A DNA stretch of 24,335 nt from Candidatus Firestoneibacteriota bacterium (GTDB taxonomy: Bacteria > Oederibacteriota > D2-FULL-39-29 > JBDRBU01). Below are positions 1-9,541 of the stretch, piece by piece (position 1 is the stretch's first letter; each line of letters starts with the position of its first letter). A program made the position numbers and the translations under genes. The notes under the pieces were generated by a model. It did not search any database. It saw only the letters and a list, made by a program, of their open reading frames with translations, and had not been told where the DNA came from. The stretch is taken from contig JBDRBU010000103.1 of assembly GCA_043822305.1 (NCBI GenBank), positions 1 through 24,335 on the forward strand, read 5' to 3'.

Positions 1-141
1 TCTTGATAAGATACTACGGTTTTATTGTTGTAGATGAGTGGCAGTTTTTGGGGTTTTATTGTTGTAATAGTGACATTTAATAGTGGTTTTTTGAGGATTT
101 TATCGCTGTAAATTAACAAGGTTTTATTGCTGTAAATAACA
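1..141 (-). mobile_element. Terminus of a DDE transposon (Tn7-like; IS21/IS481-type not excluded); the body lies left of the window
   Basis: The minus strand from 141 reads TGTTATTTACAGCAATAAAACC. Four direct copies of TACARCRATAAAAYC lie at 120-134, 96-110, 52-66 and 18-32. The TGT coincides with the point where ORF 124-504 runs into CYLQQ-stop. Confidence 0.7.
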
Positions 142-504
142 TGAGCAAATAAAACCTGTCTCCATATCCCTTCCAGCGTCTTGTATAGTAGAAAAATTTT
201 TTTTAAATAATTGTCTATACTCTTGTTCTCCAACAGTTGTTTTTATCCAATCTTTTCTTAATTCTTCTAACTTTTCCATTAACAACTTATTTTCTTTTAC
301 TTCACTTTCTGCTATTATTGTAACTTGTGATTTATCTAATTGAATCTCTCCATAAATAGTTTCGACTTTTATTTTATCCTTATCTGAATAAGTAATATCA
401 CCCCTAACTTCCTGCCCGTCTTTTAAGCGTATTATCTCCCCTAAACTTATAGCAGGAGAAAAAACAAAACATATTACAGTAATAACAATAATGCTTTTTT
501 TCAT
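124..504 (-). pseudogene. Secreted hypothetical protein, probably 3'-truncated by the transposon insertion at 141
   Basis: AGGAGG RBS; signal-peptide-like N-terminus (MKKSIIVITVICFVFSPAISLG); small beta domain IRLKDGQEVRGDI; the last five codons and the stop are encoded by the putative transposon end. Confidence 0.6.
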
Positions 505-602
505 ATTACATTACCTCCTGTTTCAATTTATTTCTGTTATACTCAATCACTTCTATTTTTTATATTCTTACATTTTAATCCATCAGATATAACTTTATTT
601 TC

Positions 603-1100
603 TTAAAACCCAAATTTCCTTTTAGGCTTTTCTGGTGGTTCTAATAGTCTATGTATTTTATTTATTTCCATAAAAACAACTTTGAATTGTTTATCATGTT
701 CTTCTAATTTCTTTTTTATATCATCATGCGTAGATAATATTTGTCTTAATCTTGTGAAAGTCCTCATTATTTGGATATTTACTTGTATTGCCCTTTCGCT
801 ATTAAGAACTGATGAAAGCATTAAAACACCATGTTCTGTAAAAGCAAATGGCCTCTTTCTAAGTCCCAACCTGATTGAATTGGAAGTCACAATTTGTGAC
901 TTCCAATTATTCATTTCTTCTTTTGTTAATTGAACCATAAAGTCAGGCGGAAACCTTTTTATATTCCTTTTAACCGCTTGATTTAACACTTTTGTTTCTA
1001 CTCCGTAAAGTTCTGCAATATCTCTATCCATCATTACTTTTAACTCTCTTATTTGATATATTTTACTTTCTATTCTTTCCTGTGGAATTAAATCTGGCAT
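603..1100 (-). CDS. ORF6N domain DNA-binding protein
   Basis: Motifs IYQIRELKVMMDRDIAELYGVETKVLNQAVKRN..RFPPDF and PFAFTEHGVLMLSSVLNSERAIQVNIQIMRTF, with a C-terminal KRKFGF; AAGGAG RBS. Confidence 0.9.
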   Translation of the reverse strand: MPDLIPQERIESKIYQIRELKVMMDRDIAELYGVETKVLNQAVKRNIKRFPPDFMVQLTKEEMNNWKSQIVTSNSIRLGLRKRPFAFTEHGVLMLSSVLNSERAIQVNIQIMRTFTRLRQILSTHDDIKKKLEEHDKQFKVVFMEINKIHRLLEPPEKPKRKFGF

Positions 1101-1157
1101 TATATTTTCTCCTTTCTTTTAAACTTAATATAATTATATACCTGCTTAATCAAATAT

Positions 1158-2168
1158 TCAACAAAAATTACCACAAAATTTGGAAATATCCCTTATTAAA
1201 CTAATAATTTCATCTTTATCGTTACCTTCGGCTAATTCTGGAAAAAATCTGTCATACCTTAACACTACAGGAAAAATCTCTACTTTATTAATGCTTAAAG
1301 TATCTTTATTAAAGAAGCATTTCAAGATAATGCTTTTATTTGTTTTGGAAGTTTCTTTTGTCTTGTCAAAAATAAAATTTCCAAGACTATAAACAATGAG
1401 TTTGCCTTTATAAATCTCTAAACCCTGTAAAACATGCGGATGATGGCCGATTATTAAATCACAGCCATTATCAATAATTTTATGAGCCAAATCCCTTTGA
1501 GAGTTAGTTGGTGTAAACTCCTTTTCTTCACCCCAGTGTAATGAAACAATAACAATACTAGAGATTTGTTTAGCTTTTTTCACATCTTCTAATATTAGAT
1601 TTTCATCACTCTTATAAACACCTGATTCATCTTCTTTTGCCAAATAAATCTCAGGACAGACCAAAGTAGATGCTATAAAAACAACTTTAATATTATCAAC
1701 CTTTATAATTTTTAATTCTCTTGCTTTATCCAGATTTTCACCAGCACCGACTGTGACTATACCTTTCTTATTCAAAACATCTATTGTTTTAACAATTGTT
1801 CCTTTACCACCACCTTTAGAATGATTATTGGCTAAAGATAAAATATCAAAACCAGCTTCTTTTAACCCATCAGAATAATCAGAACTTGCTTTAAATACAT
1901 ATCCGGTTAGAATTGGTTTTTCTTTAGATGGATCTCTGGCCAGAGAACATTCTAAATTGCCAAAAGTAATATCCGCAGACGAAATAATGGATTTTACTTT
2001 CTCGTAAGGATAAACAGGGGGCTTCTTTTCTAACACAACATCAACATATCTGCCAAGCATTATATCGCCAACAGCAATAAGACTAAGAGTCTCGCAAAAG
2101 CATTCTGAAATTAATAAAATATAAAATAAAACCCACATTAAATGGGGACAGCCACTATTATTTTTCAT
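1158..2168 (-). CDS. capA: CapA family (PGA_cap) metallophosphatase-fold protein
   Basis: Motifs AVGDIMLGR, GNLE, LSLANNH, SLHWGEE, IGHHPHVLQ and YSLGNF; N-terminal hydrophobic segment. The true start may be the ATG at 2138. Confidence 0.9.
   Translation of the reverse strand: MKNNSGCPHLMWVLFYILLISECFCETLSLIAVGDIMLGRYVDVVLEKKPPVYPYEKVKSIISSADITFGNLECSLARDPSKEKPILTGYVFKASSDYSDGLKEAGFDILSLANNHSKGGGKGTIVKTIDVLNKKGIVTVGAGENLDKARELKIIKVDNIKVVFIASTLVCPEIYLAKEDESGVYKSDENLILEDVKKAKQISSIVIVSLHWGEEKEFTPTNSQRDLAHKIIDNGCDLIIGHHPHVLQGLEIYKGKLIVYSLGNFIFDKTKETSKTNKSIILKCFFNKDTLSINKVEIFPVVLRYDRFFPELAEGNDKDEIISLIRDISKFCGNFC
2142..2156. repeat. GGGACAGMCAC-family dispersed repeat at the capA 5' end
   Basis: ATGGGGACAGCCACT; related copies at 13184-13227 and 21458-21472. 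Confidence 0.55.
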
Positions 2169-2194
2169 AATTCGACGGTACTCGGGTCGTCCCT

Positions 2195-3910
2195 TTAAAA
2201 CAATCCTACGACCTTACCATCTTTATCAAGATCAACCTTTGTTCCAGCAGGTATAGAAGGAAGGCCGGGCATTGTTCTCATATCTCCACAAAGTGGATAT
2301 AAAAATCCAGCACCTATAGAAGCACGAATATCTCTTACTGGAATTATGAAATTAGTCGGTCGTCCCTTTAAACTCGGGTCGTGAGATAAAGAAAGATGAG
2401 TCTTGGCCATACATATTGGCAGTTTATCCCAGCCTAAACTCGTATAAAGTTTTACTTTCTCCTCTACCTGTGGAGTATAAGAAACATCCTTGGCCCCGTA
2501 AATCTTCGTGGCAATAGTATGTATCTTTTCCTTAATAGAAACATTAAGTGGATAAAGGAAACTAAACTTGGATTTTTTCTCGCATGCTTTAACAACTGCA
2601 TTTGCTAAATTAACACCACCAGCACCTCCCTTTTCCCACACTTCTGAAAGAACGGCATCTTCAGCCCCAGCTTCTTTTGCTTTGTTTTTTATAAATTCTA
2701 TCTCTTTATCCGTGTCTGTTGTAAATCTATTTATAGCCACGACCACAGGTACTCCAAAAAGCATCGCATTTTGAATCTGCTTTTCAAGATTACAAACACC
2801 TTCAGAAATTGCTTGAATATTTTCCTTAATAAGTTCTTCAGGTAATGGCCTGCCGGCAATTACAGTAAATTTACCCGAATGCATCTTTAATGCTCTAACC
2901 GTACAAACCATCACCACACAATTTGGAACAAGTTTTGAATATCTGCATTTTATATTCATAAACTTTTCCATCCCACAATCTGCACCAAAACCTGATTCAG
3001 TAACAACATAATCTCCTAATTTAACGGCCATCTGGTCGGCTAATATAGAATTATTACCATGGGCTATATTAGCAAAAGGACCGGCATGAACAAAACAAGG
3101 TGTCTGCTCCGTTGTTTGAAGTAAATTTGGTTTAAGCGCATCCCTCATTAAAACGGCCATTGAACCTGCTACTTGCAAATCTTCTGTTGTTATAGGTTTT
3201 CCATCTTTTGTAAACGCAACTACAATTTTTCCTAATCTTTTTCTTATATCTTTCAAACTTGTTGTTAAAGCAAGTATGGCCATAACCTCAGATGCAACAG
3301 AAATATCAAAACCAGTTTGTCTTGGGACCCCTTCGTCTTTCCCACCAAGCCCAATAATTATATTTCTTAAGGCCCTATCACTAACATCTACTACTCTTCT
3401 CCATGAAATATTATTCATATCTATATTAAACTTATTTCCTTTACATAAATGGTTATCTAAAAACGCAGCACATAAATTATGTGCTAAACTAACAGCATGA
3501 ACATCCCCGGTCAGGTGTAAATTAAAATCTTCCATAGGTAAAACTTGTGAATAGCCGCCACCAGCCGCACCACCTTTTATACCAAAAACAGGACCTAAAG
3601 ATGGTTGTCTTATAGTCGTTATTACTTTTTTACCAATCTTGGCTAAACTTAAAGATAATCCAATCGTTGTAACAGTTTTACCTTCTCCAAGTGGAGTAGG
3701 AGTAATAGCCGTAACATCAATATATTTTGCCTGCTTTTTGCCTTTCAATCTTTCTAAGATTTCCAACTTAATCTTAGCCTTATGGTCCCCATATAATTCC
3801 AATTCACTTCTCTTTAGACCAATAGAACTTGCTATATCAACAATTGGCTTTAGTTTTATAGCCTGAGCAATTTCTATATCTGACGGAACTTTAACAGATT
3901 TTGTTTTCAT
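2195..3910 (-). CDS. fhs: Formate--tetrahydrofolate ligase
   Basis: Motifs TAITPTPLGEGKT, GIKGGAAGGGYSQV, HAGPFANIAHGN, ICMAKTHLSLS and MRTMPGLP; GGAGGAG RBS. Confidence 0.98.
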   Translation of the reverse strand: MKTKSVKVPSDIEIAQAIKLKPIVDIASSIGLKRSELELYGDHKAKIKLEILERLKGKKQAKYIDVTAITPTPLGEGKTVTTIGLSLSLAKIGKKVITTIRQPSLGPVFGIKGGAAGGGYSQVLPMEDFNLHLTGDVHAVSLAHNLCAAFLDNHLCKGNKFNIDMNNISWRRVVDVSDRALRNIIIGLGGKDEGVPRQTGFDISVASEVMAILALTTSLKDIRKRLGKIVVAFTKDGKPITTEDLQVAGSMAVLMRDALKPNLLQTTEQTPCFVHAGPFANIAHGNNSILADQMAVKLGDYVVTESGFGADCGMEKFMNIKCRYSKLVPNCVVMVCTVRALKMHSGKFTVIAGRPLPEELIKENIQAISEGVCNLEKQIQNAMLFGVPVVVAINRFTTDTDKEIEFIKNKAKEAGAEDAVLSEVWEKGGAGGVNLANAVVKACEKKSKFSFLYPLNVSIKEKIHTIATKIYGAKDVSYTPQVEEKVKLYTSLGWDKLPICMAKTHLSLSHDPSLKGRPTNFIIPVRDIRASIGAGFLYPLCGDMRTMPGLPSIPAGTKVDLDKDGKVVGLF

Positions 3911-3928
3911 ATCTCCTCCAATTTTTTA

Positions 3929-3961
3929 ATTCCCCCTTAATAAAGGGGGTCAGGGGGTTGT
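3929..3961. repeat. CCCCCTT-N4-AAGGGGG palindromic dispersed repeat, copy 1 (flxA-fhs spacer)
   Basis: ATTCCCCCTTAATAAAGGGGGTCAGGGGGTTGT; a near-identical copy lies at 14601-14632. Confidence 0.85.
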
Positions 3962-3971
3962 TCTTTTCATT

Positions 3972-4799
3972 TTAATATTCATCCGGCAATTCTTTTAAAT
4001 CTTTATAACTAAATACCGGGCCATCTTTACAGACATAAATACTTCCGATATTACATCGACCACATTTACCCAGACCACATTTCATCTTCATCTCTAAAGT
4101 AGTTATAATTTGTTCCGGAGTAAAACCTAAATCAATTAATTCTTTTAACACAAATTTGATCATAATTGGCGGACCACAGGTAATGGCTACCGTATCTACA
4201 TTCGATGGTTTCATTTCTTTAAGAACTGCCGGGACAAATCCTACTTTATGCTTCCATCCTTCATCCCCTTTATCTGCTGTTAAAACAAGTTCTAAATTAG
4301 AAATCTTCTGCCAATCAATTAGTTTATCCTTATAACAAATATCTAACGGACTTCTGGCACCATAAAGTATCGTTATCTTTTTATAATCATTTCTTGTATC
4401 AAAACTATATTCAATAGGAGAACAAAGCGCAGCCAGACCAATGCCACCACCTATAAACAATAGATTTTTACCTTTAAAATCATCAAAAGGAAACCAATTA
4501 CCGTATGGACCTCTTAGACCAACTATATTTCCTACTTCTAACTCATGAATTGCTTCTGTAACCAATCCAGTTTTTTTTATACTGCATTCAATGAAATCTC
4601 TTCTTGTTTGTGAATTGGCAAAGGTGAAAACCGCTTCTCCTACTCCAAAAACAGATAATATTAAAAACTGACCGGCCTTCCAGGTAAAATTCTTCTTTAC
4701 TTCTAAATCAGTAAATTCAAATTTAAAACTCTTTACATCGGGTGTTTCTTCTTTTACTTCTACAATTTTTGCTGTATGTGGTAAATAGATATTATTCAT
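3972..4799 (-). CDS. flxA: FAD/NAD(P)-binding oxidoreductase with a C-terminal 2Fe-2S motif (FlxA/AsrB-like)
   Basis: Motifs GLRGPYGN, IGGGIGLA, CGPPIM and MKCGLGKCGRC..VCKDGPVF; last gene of the hdr-flx cluster. Confidence 0.85.
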   Translation of the reverse strand: MNNIYLPHTAKIVEVKEETPDVKSFKFEFTDLEVKKNFTWKAGQFLILSVFGVGEAVFTFANSQTRRDFIECSIKKTGLVTEAIHELEVGNIVGLRGPYGNWFPFDDFKGKNLLFIGGGIGLAALCSPIEYSFDTRNDYKKITILYGARSPLDICYKDKLIDWQKISNLELVLTADKGDEGWKHKVGFVPAVLKEMKPSNVDTVAITCGPPIMIKFVLKELIDLGFTPEQIITTLEMKMKCGLGKCGRCNIGSIYVCKDGPVFSYKDLKELPDEY

Positions 4800-5830
4800 T
4801 TTACCTCTTCCAAAACTTTTCTTACATCAATTCCAACCGGACAATATTTTATACATCTTCCACAACCAGTGCAAAGTTCTTCCTTAAAATTATCAACATG
4901 ATATTTAAACTTATGCATAAATCTCTGTCTAAATCTTCTTTTTGAATCAAACCTTGGATTTATTCCTCCAGCCATTTTTGTAAATGTCTCAGACATACAA
5001 GTATCCCAGGTTCTGTTTCTCTCACCATTTATATAATCAAAGATTTTTTCAGTAATATCAAAACAATAACAAGTTGGGCAGACGAAAGTACAAACCCCGC
5101 ATTTAACACAAGGTAAATGAACAGCATCCCAGTAAGAAGACTCAAAAGCATTATCTAATTTCTTTTTGATTTCAACTGTATCTATTTTTTTAACAATTTT
5201 TGATTCTGACCCCTTTTTAAATTCTTCCTTTAAATTACTATCGTTCTCGTTTACACTTTCAAAATATTTTTTATAGTCATTAACTAATTTTTGCCCATTG
5301 GAAGTTAAAACATCAACTAAATATTTATCTTTTTTTATTTCTGTGAACAATAAATCACTCCCCATTCCACTCGCCGGGCTACCATCCTTAAATGAAGTGC
5401 AAAAACAAGTAATCTCTGGATTTTGACATGAAACAGTTAAGATTAAAGTATTCTGCCTTCTTGAAAGATAATATTCATCTTTGTATTCTGCCCAGTTAAA
5501 TAATTTGTCAACAACATTAAATCCCCTGGCATCACAAGGGCGGCACCCAAAAATTATAGTTTTTTTTATTTCTTCGTCATGTTTTAATTCAATACTATGA
5601 TGGGTTTTCTTAAAATCAAAAAACTTTTCTGATTGTAAATATACTTTATCTTTGGCCGTAGTATTGGTCAGCAAAACATTACCCTCATACTCATCAAAAG
5701 AATTTATCACTCCATATAAAACAGTATTTTCATTGTCTCGTTTAGGAGCATAAACATTATAAGTTTTCATTAAATCTTCAACAAATTGTTTTAAATTATC
5801 TTTTGTTATTGCCTGTTGCATATTTTTCAT
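4796..5830 (-). CDS. flxB: 4Fe-4S dicluster protein (FlxB/AsrA-like)
   Basis: Motifs GCRPCD, CFC, CVKCGVCTFVCPTCYCF, RFRQRFMHK and CTGCGRCIKYCP; ATGA overlap with flxA. Confidence 0.85.
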   Translation of the reverse strand: MKNMQQAITKDNLKQFVEDLMKTYNVYAPKRDNENTVLYGVINSFDEYEGNVLLTNTTAKDKVYLQSEKFFDFKKTHHSIELKHDEEIKKTIIFGCRPCDARGFNVVDKLFNWAEYKDEYYLSRRQNTLILTVSCQNPEITCFCTSFKDGSPASGMGSDLLFTEIKKDKYLVDVLTSNGQKLVNDYKKYFESVNENDSNLKEEFKKGSESKIVKKIDTVEIKKKLDNAFESSYWDAVHLPCVKCGVCTFVCPTCYCFDITEKIFDYINGERNRTWDTCMSETFTKMAGGINPRFDSKRRFRQRFMHKFKYHVDNFKEELCTGCGRCIKYCPVGIDVRKVLEEVK

Positions 5831-6159
5831 CTGCCTTTATATATTACCTTTCCTGTTTTTAGAATTTCACTTATGAAGTCTGCCTTCTCTCTATGTCTAA
5901 CTTCTTCCATATAAAACAAATTAGGTTCTATCCTACTGTCTATTTCACGTCTTAATCTAAACAATAATTTCCCCTTCTCTAAATAATCCATCTTGCCTTT
6001 TTTACTAACAAAAACAGCAACATCTATGTCGCTATTTTCTTTAGCTAATCCTTTTGCATGCGAACCATACAATACTACCATTTTTAAATCCAAAAAAAGT
6101 TTTACATTATTTATATATTTTTTTAATTTGTCTTTAACATCTTTATTATCCATTGGCAT
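5827..6159 (-). CDS. Minimal nucleotidyltransferase (MNT, antitoxin of HEPN-MNT pairs)
   Basis: GS-x10-DxD motif (LYGSHAKGLAKENSDIDVAV), IEP, C-terminal EILKTG; GGAGG RBS; ATGA overlap with flxB. Confidence 0.9.
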   Translation of the reverse strand: MPMDNKDVKDKLKKYINNVKLFLDLKMVVLYGSHAKGLAKENSDIDVAVFVSKKGKMDYLEKGKLLFRLRREIDSRIEPNLFYMEEVRHREKADFISEILKTGKVIYKGR

Positions 6160-6300
6160 AATTCCTCCGTTTCTTTAAGAATTATCTTACATTTTTTATT
6201 AGATAAAATAAAGATATCTTTTACTTTTTAACATTGCATATGCGGTTCTTAAATCGTAATTTGCAATATCAATCCAATATTTCACGGTTTTCTCATTCAT
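6123..6300 (-). pseudogene. HEPN-domain toxin remnant with an internal deletion and frameshift
   Basis: Manual translation: 6300-6208 gives MNEKTVKYWIDIANYDLRTAYAMLKSKRYLY (HEPN N-terminus); after a 1-nt shift, 6206-6123 gives LSNKKCKIILKETEELCQWIIKMLKTN* (HEPN C-terminal helix). Lies directly upstream of the MNT gene. Confidence 0.8.
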
Positions 6301-7142
6301 TACATTATCTCCTCTAACTTTTCATCATGTTTAAAAGTAGAGAGTGGCGGTCTTGTAGTTTCATCAGCACCACTCACATATCCAAATAATTCATATGCAT
6401 CTTTTGTGATTTTTTTAGTTATAAGTCTTAAGGGAATACCGACCGGACAAGCATTATCACATGCTCTGCAGTCAGTACATCTTCCAAATACATGGTGCAT
6501 CCTGATTAACTGAAATAATTTATTTTCTGCATCAGTAACCTTTTTATTTATATACTCCGGCCTAGCCCTTTGTTCAAAACAATCCGGACAATAACAAACC
6601 GAACAAACCTGTCGGCAGGCATAACACCTGATACATTTTTCAAATTGTTCATTCCAGAACTTTTCTTTTTCTTTTGGAGATAATTTTTCAAAATCTTTTA
6701 TATCCTTGCCATCATCTGGTTTAACCGCAAACTCTTTAACAGTTCCAATCAAAATTTCAAGATTCTTTGGAACTTTTTCATCACAATAGTCACATTTTTC
6801 AGCAAGTTTACTTATATTTTTCTTCTCTACAACACCTTCACAAACAACACTAATTATTGTAACATTTTCTTTAGATATTTGATGTTCCTTTATCAACTCT
6901 CTAATTGATTTAACATCACAACCCTTAGCCACAATTCCTATTTTAAACTTTCTCCTTTTTGGTAAATAAACTGCCAAATTATTTACACAGTATTTATTTA
7001 TAACTAATTTTCCAACATCTTCTATTTTATTTATAAAGACTGGTCTATTTAAAATATCATAACCTCTCTCATATCCAATAATCCAGTCAACTTTCTTTTC
7101 GGAAAGTAATTTTTTTGCTATTTCCTGCAATTCCTTATCCAT
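6300..7142 (-). CDS. flxC: 4Fe-4S dicluster protein (FlxC, FrhB/FdhB-like)
   Basis: Motifs KGCD, CIRCYACRQVCSVCYCPDC and GRCTDCRACDNACP; cluster position. Confidence 0.8.
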   Translation of the reverse strand: MDKELQEIAKKLLSEKKVDWIIGYERGYDILNRPVFINKIEDVGKLVINKYCVNNLAVYLPKRRKFKIGIVAKGCDVKSIRELIKEHQISKENVTIISVVCEGVVEKKNISKLAEKCDYCDEKVPKNLEILIGTVKEFAVKPDDGKDIKDFEKLSPKEKEKFWNEQFEKCIRCYACRQVCSVCYCPDCFEQRARPEYINKKVTDAENKLFQLIRMHHVFGRCTDCRACDNACPVGIPLRLITKKITKDAYELFGYVSGADETTRPPLSTFKHDEKLEEIM

Positions 7143-7569
7143 TTTCTTTCCAATCCTTTACATTTTCTACAACTTTCTTTACCACATCTGCAAATTTCTT
7201 TCCTTCTGAAGCAGATACCCAACTTGCATGAAACCTTCTTCTATCTATTCCAAAATATTCCAATAATCTTTTTAAATGAGAATATCTTCTTCTCCAATAA
7301 TAATTCCCTTCAGTATAATGACAATCACCTGGATGGCATCCTGAAACCAAAACACCATCCGCACCCTTATGAAATGCAGATATAACCAGCATAGGATCCA
7401 TCCTGCCTGTGCAAGGAATTCTAATAATTTTAATATTTGCTGGATAAGTCATTCTACTTAACCCAGTCAAATCCGCTCCAGCATAACTGCACCAGTTACA
7501 CAAAAACCCGACTATATTTACATCTTCTTTCACTTTTTCCACTTTCCCCACTTTACTCACTTTTTCCAC
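7135..7569 (-). CDS. flxD: MvhD/FlxD 2Fe-2S subunit
   Basis: Motifs FLCNWCSYAGADL, IPCTGR, GADGVLVSGCHPGDCHY and WVSASEG. The start is uncertain because several GTGs lie in the 9-bp repeat. Confidence 0.9.
   Translation of the reverse strand: MEKVSKVGKVEKVKEDVNIVGFLCNWCSYAGADLTGLSRMTYPANIKIIRIPCTGRMDPMLVISAFHKGADGVLVSGCHPGDCHYTEGNYYWRRRYSHLKRLLEYFGIDRRRFHASWVSASEGKKFADVVKKVVENVKDWKENG
7525..7569. repeat. Degenerate 9-bp tandem repeat, 5 units, hdrA/flxD junction
   Basis: Minus strand GTGGAAAAA GTGAGTAAA GTGGGGAAA GTGGAAAAA GTGAAAGAA. Confidence 0.75.
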
Positions 7570-9541
7570 TTGTTACCACTTCAATTTCTTCCATTATCTG
7601 CCTGTCTGTCCATCCTTTCAAATCAACTGCTTTTGAATAACAACTTCCAACACAGGCACCACATCCCTTGCATACACTTTCTAATACCTTAGCCACATGT
7701 TTAATTTCGCCTTTTCTAACCTCTTTATCTTCCATCTCAATAGCACTATATGCACAAACATTATAACAGGTCTCACAACCACTACAAACCAATTGATTAA
7801 CATTGGCTATCATTGGTTCTACTTCCATTTTATCCTTTGAAAATAAACCAATTACCTTAGAGGAAGATGCAGATGCTTGGGCCACAACATCCGGAATATC
7901 TTTAGGAGCCTGACAGGCACCGGCCAGAAATACTCCGGCTATTACTGTTTCTACTGGTGCTAATTTTGGATGAAGTTCTGTATAAAATCCATACTGGTCA
8001 TATGGAATATGAAAAAGTTGGGCTAACTCTTTAGCGTCCTGTTTTGATTCTAATCCATTGGCTAAAACTACTAAATCGGCTAAAATATCAACCTGAGCAC
8101 CCGTTAAGGTATCTGCACCTCTCACTAATAATTTATCACCTTTCTCATATATTTTTGAGACTCTTCCCCTTAAATAAATTACTCCATATTCATTCTGTGC
8201 CCTTTGAACAAATTCCTCATAGCCCTTACCAAAGGCTCTTATGTCTATATAAAAAATATACGCTTGTGTCTCTGGATAATGGTCTTTTAGAAGCATGGCT
8301 TGTTTTGCCGTATACATACAACAGACTCTGGAACAATAAGGCCTGCCTTTCGAGTCATCCCTTGAGCCAACACATTGTATAAATACTACATTTTTTGGCT
8401 CTTTTTTATCCGAAGGTCTGACCACATGTCCTTCTGTAGGGCCTGAAGAGTTTATCAATCTTTCAAATTGCATACTTGTTATTACATTTTTAATTTTACC
8501 ATAACCATACTCACCGTAGTTACTATGGTCATATATATCAAACCCGGTGGTCATAACTATAGCCCCAAATTTTTCTGAAATAATTTCATCTTCTTGTGTA
8601 TAATTGATAGCCCCGGCTGGACAAACTTTCTCACAAACTTTACATTTACCTGTTAAAAAATATGTGCAAGTAGTTTTGTCTATAACAGGAATATTTGGAA
8701 CTGCCTGCGGGAATGGAGTATATATTGCTTTTCTAAATTCTAACTTTTCATTAAACTCCGATAACGCTTTTTTTGAAGGACATTTCTGGGTGCATATTCC
8801 ACATCCAATACATTTTAATATATCAACTGAACGGGCTTTCTTTTTAATTTTTATATCAAAATTCCCCACATAACCACGAACTTCAACAATTTCACTATAG
8901 GTCATTAAGGTAATATTTTTATTCTGTGTCAAGGCAACCATCTTTGGCGTTAAAATACAGGCAGAGCAATCCAGAGTAGGAAATGTTTTATCAAGTTGAG
9001 CCATCCGACCACCAATAGACGGTGTTTTTTCAACTAAAGTTACCTTAAAACCAGCTTCGGCTATATCAAGTGCTGATTGAATTCCAGCAATTCCTCCTCC
9101 GACCACTAACGCTTTTTTTTCAATCGGTACAAACATCTTAGATAATGCATCATTTCTTCTTACCTTGGCCACTGCCATTTCAACTAATCTCATTGCTTTT
9201 CTTGTAGCAGATTCTTTATCATCGCTGTGAACCCATGAACCTTGTTCTCTGATATTAGCAATTTCCAATAAATATGGATTTAATCCAGCCCTCTCTATTG
9301 TCTTTCTGAAAGTATTTTCATGCATTCTTGGAGAGCATGCGGCCACCACAACTCTATCTAAATTGTTCTGCTTTATAGAATCAATAATCATATTCTGTCC
9401 AGGGTCAGAACACATATACTTATACTCTTTTGATATTTTAACACCAGGAAGATTTGAAGCAAATTCCGCCACCTTAACAACATCAATAACCCCCGCAATG
9501 TTAGTTCCACAATGACATATAAAAACACCTATTCTGGCCAT
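7553..9541 (-). CDS. hdrA: Heterodisulfide reductase subunit A
   Basis: Motifs RIGVFICHCGTNI, VVAACSPRMHE, GGGIAG, LDKTFPTLDCSACIL and QCVGSRD..CSRVCC, plus several ferredoxin motifs. Confidence 0.97.
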   Translation of the reverse strand: MARIGVFICHCGTNIAGVIDVVKVAEFASNLPGVKISKEYKYMCSDPGQNMIIDSIKQNNLDRVVVAACSPRMHENTFRKTIERAGLNPYLLEIANIREQGSWVHSDDKESATRKAMRLVEMAVAKVRRNDALSKMFVPIEKKALVVGGGIAGIQSALDIAEAGFKVTLVEKTPSIGGRMAQLDKTFPTLDCSACILTPKMVALTQNKNITLMTYSEIVEVRGYVGNFDIKIKKKARSVDILKCIGCGICTQKCPSKKALSEFNEKLEFRKAIYTPFPQAVPNIPVIDKTTCTYFLTGKCKVCEKVCPAGAINYTQEDEIISEKFGAIVMTTGFDIYDHSNYGEYGYGKIKNVITSMQFERLINSSGPTEGHVVRPSDKKEPKNVVFIQCVGSRDDSKGRPYCSRVCCMYTAKQAMLLKDHYPETQAYIFYIDIRAFGKGYEEFVQRAQNEYGVIYLRGRVSKIYEKGDKLLVRGADTLTGAQVDILADLVVLANGLESKQDAKELAQLFHIPYDQYGFYTELHPKLAPVETVIAGVFLAGACQAPKDIPDVVAQASASSSKVIGLFSKDKMEVEPMIANVNQLVCSGCETCYNVCAYSAIEMEDKEVRKGEIKHVAKVLESVCKGCGACVGSCYSKAVDLKGWTDRQIMEEIEVVTSGKSE

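Noticed and set aside
18..134. Four repeats read as a mini CRISPR array or replication iterons
   Set aside because: The repeats are only 15 bp and non-palindromic, with irregular 19, 29 and 9 bp gaps, and they end at a TGT terminus; no cas or rep gene is present.
603..1100. Prophage inferred from the ORF6N gene
   Set aside because: No integrase or structural genes are present; solitary ORF6N genes are common.
3972..5830. Anaerobic sulfite reductase or sulfhydrogenase operon
   Set aside because: No asrC or NiFe subunits are present; the hdrABC-mvhD context indicates Flx.
7135..9541. Selenocysteine recoding in HdrA or FlxD
   Set aside because: Both frames are open, with Cys at the relevant motifs and no in-frame TGA.
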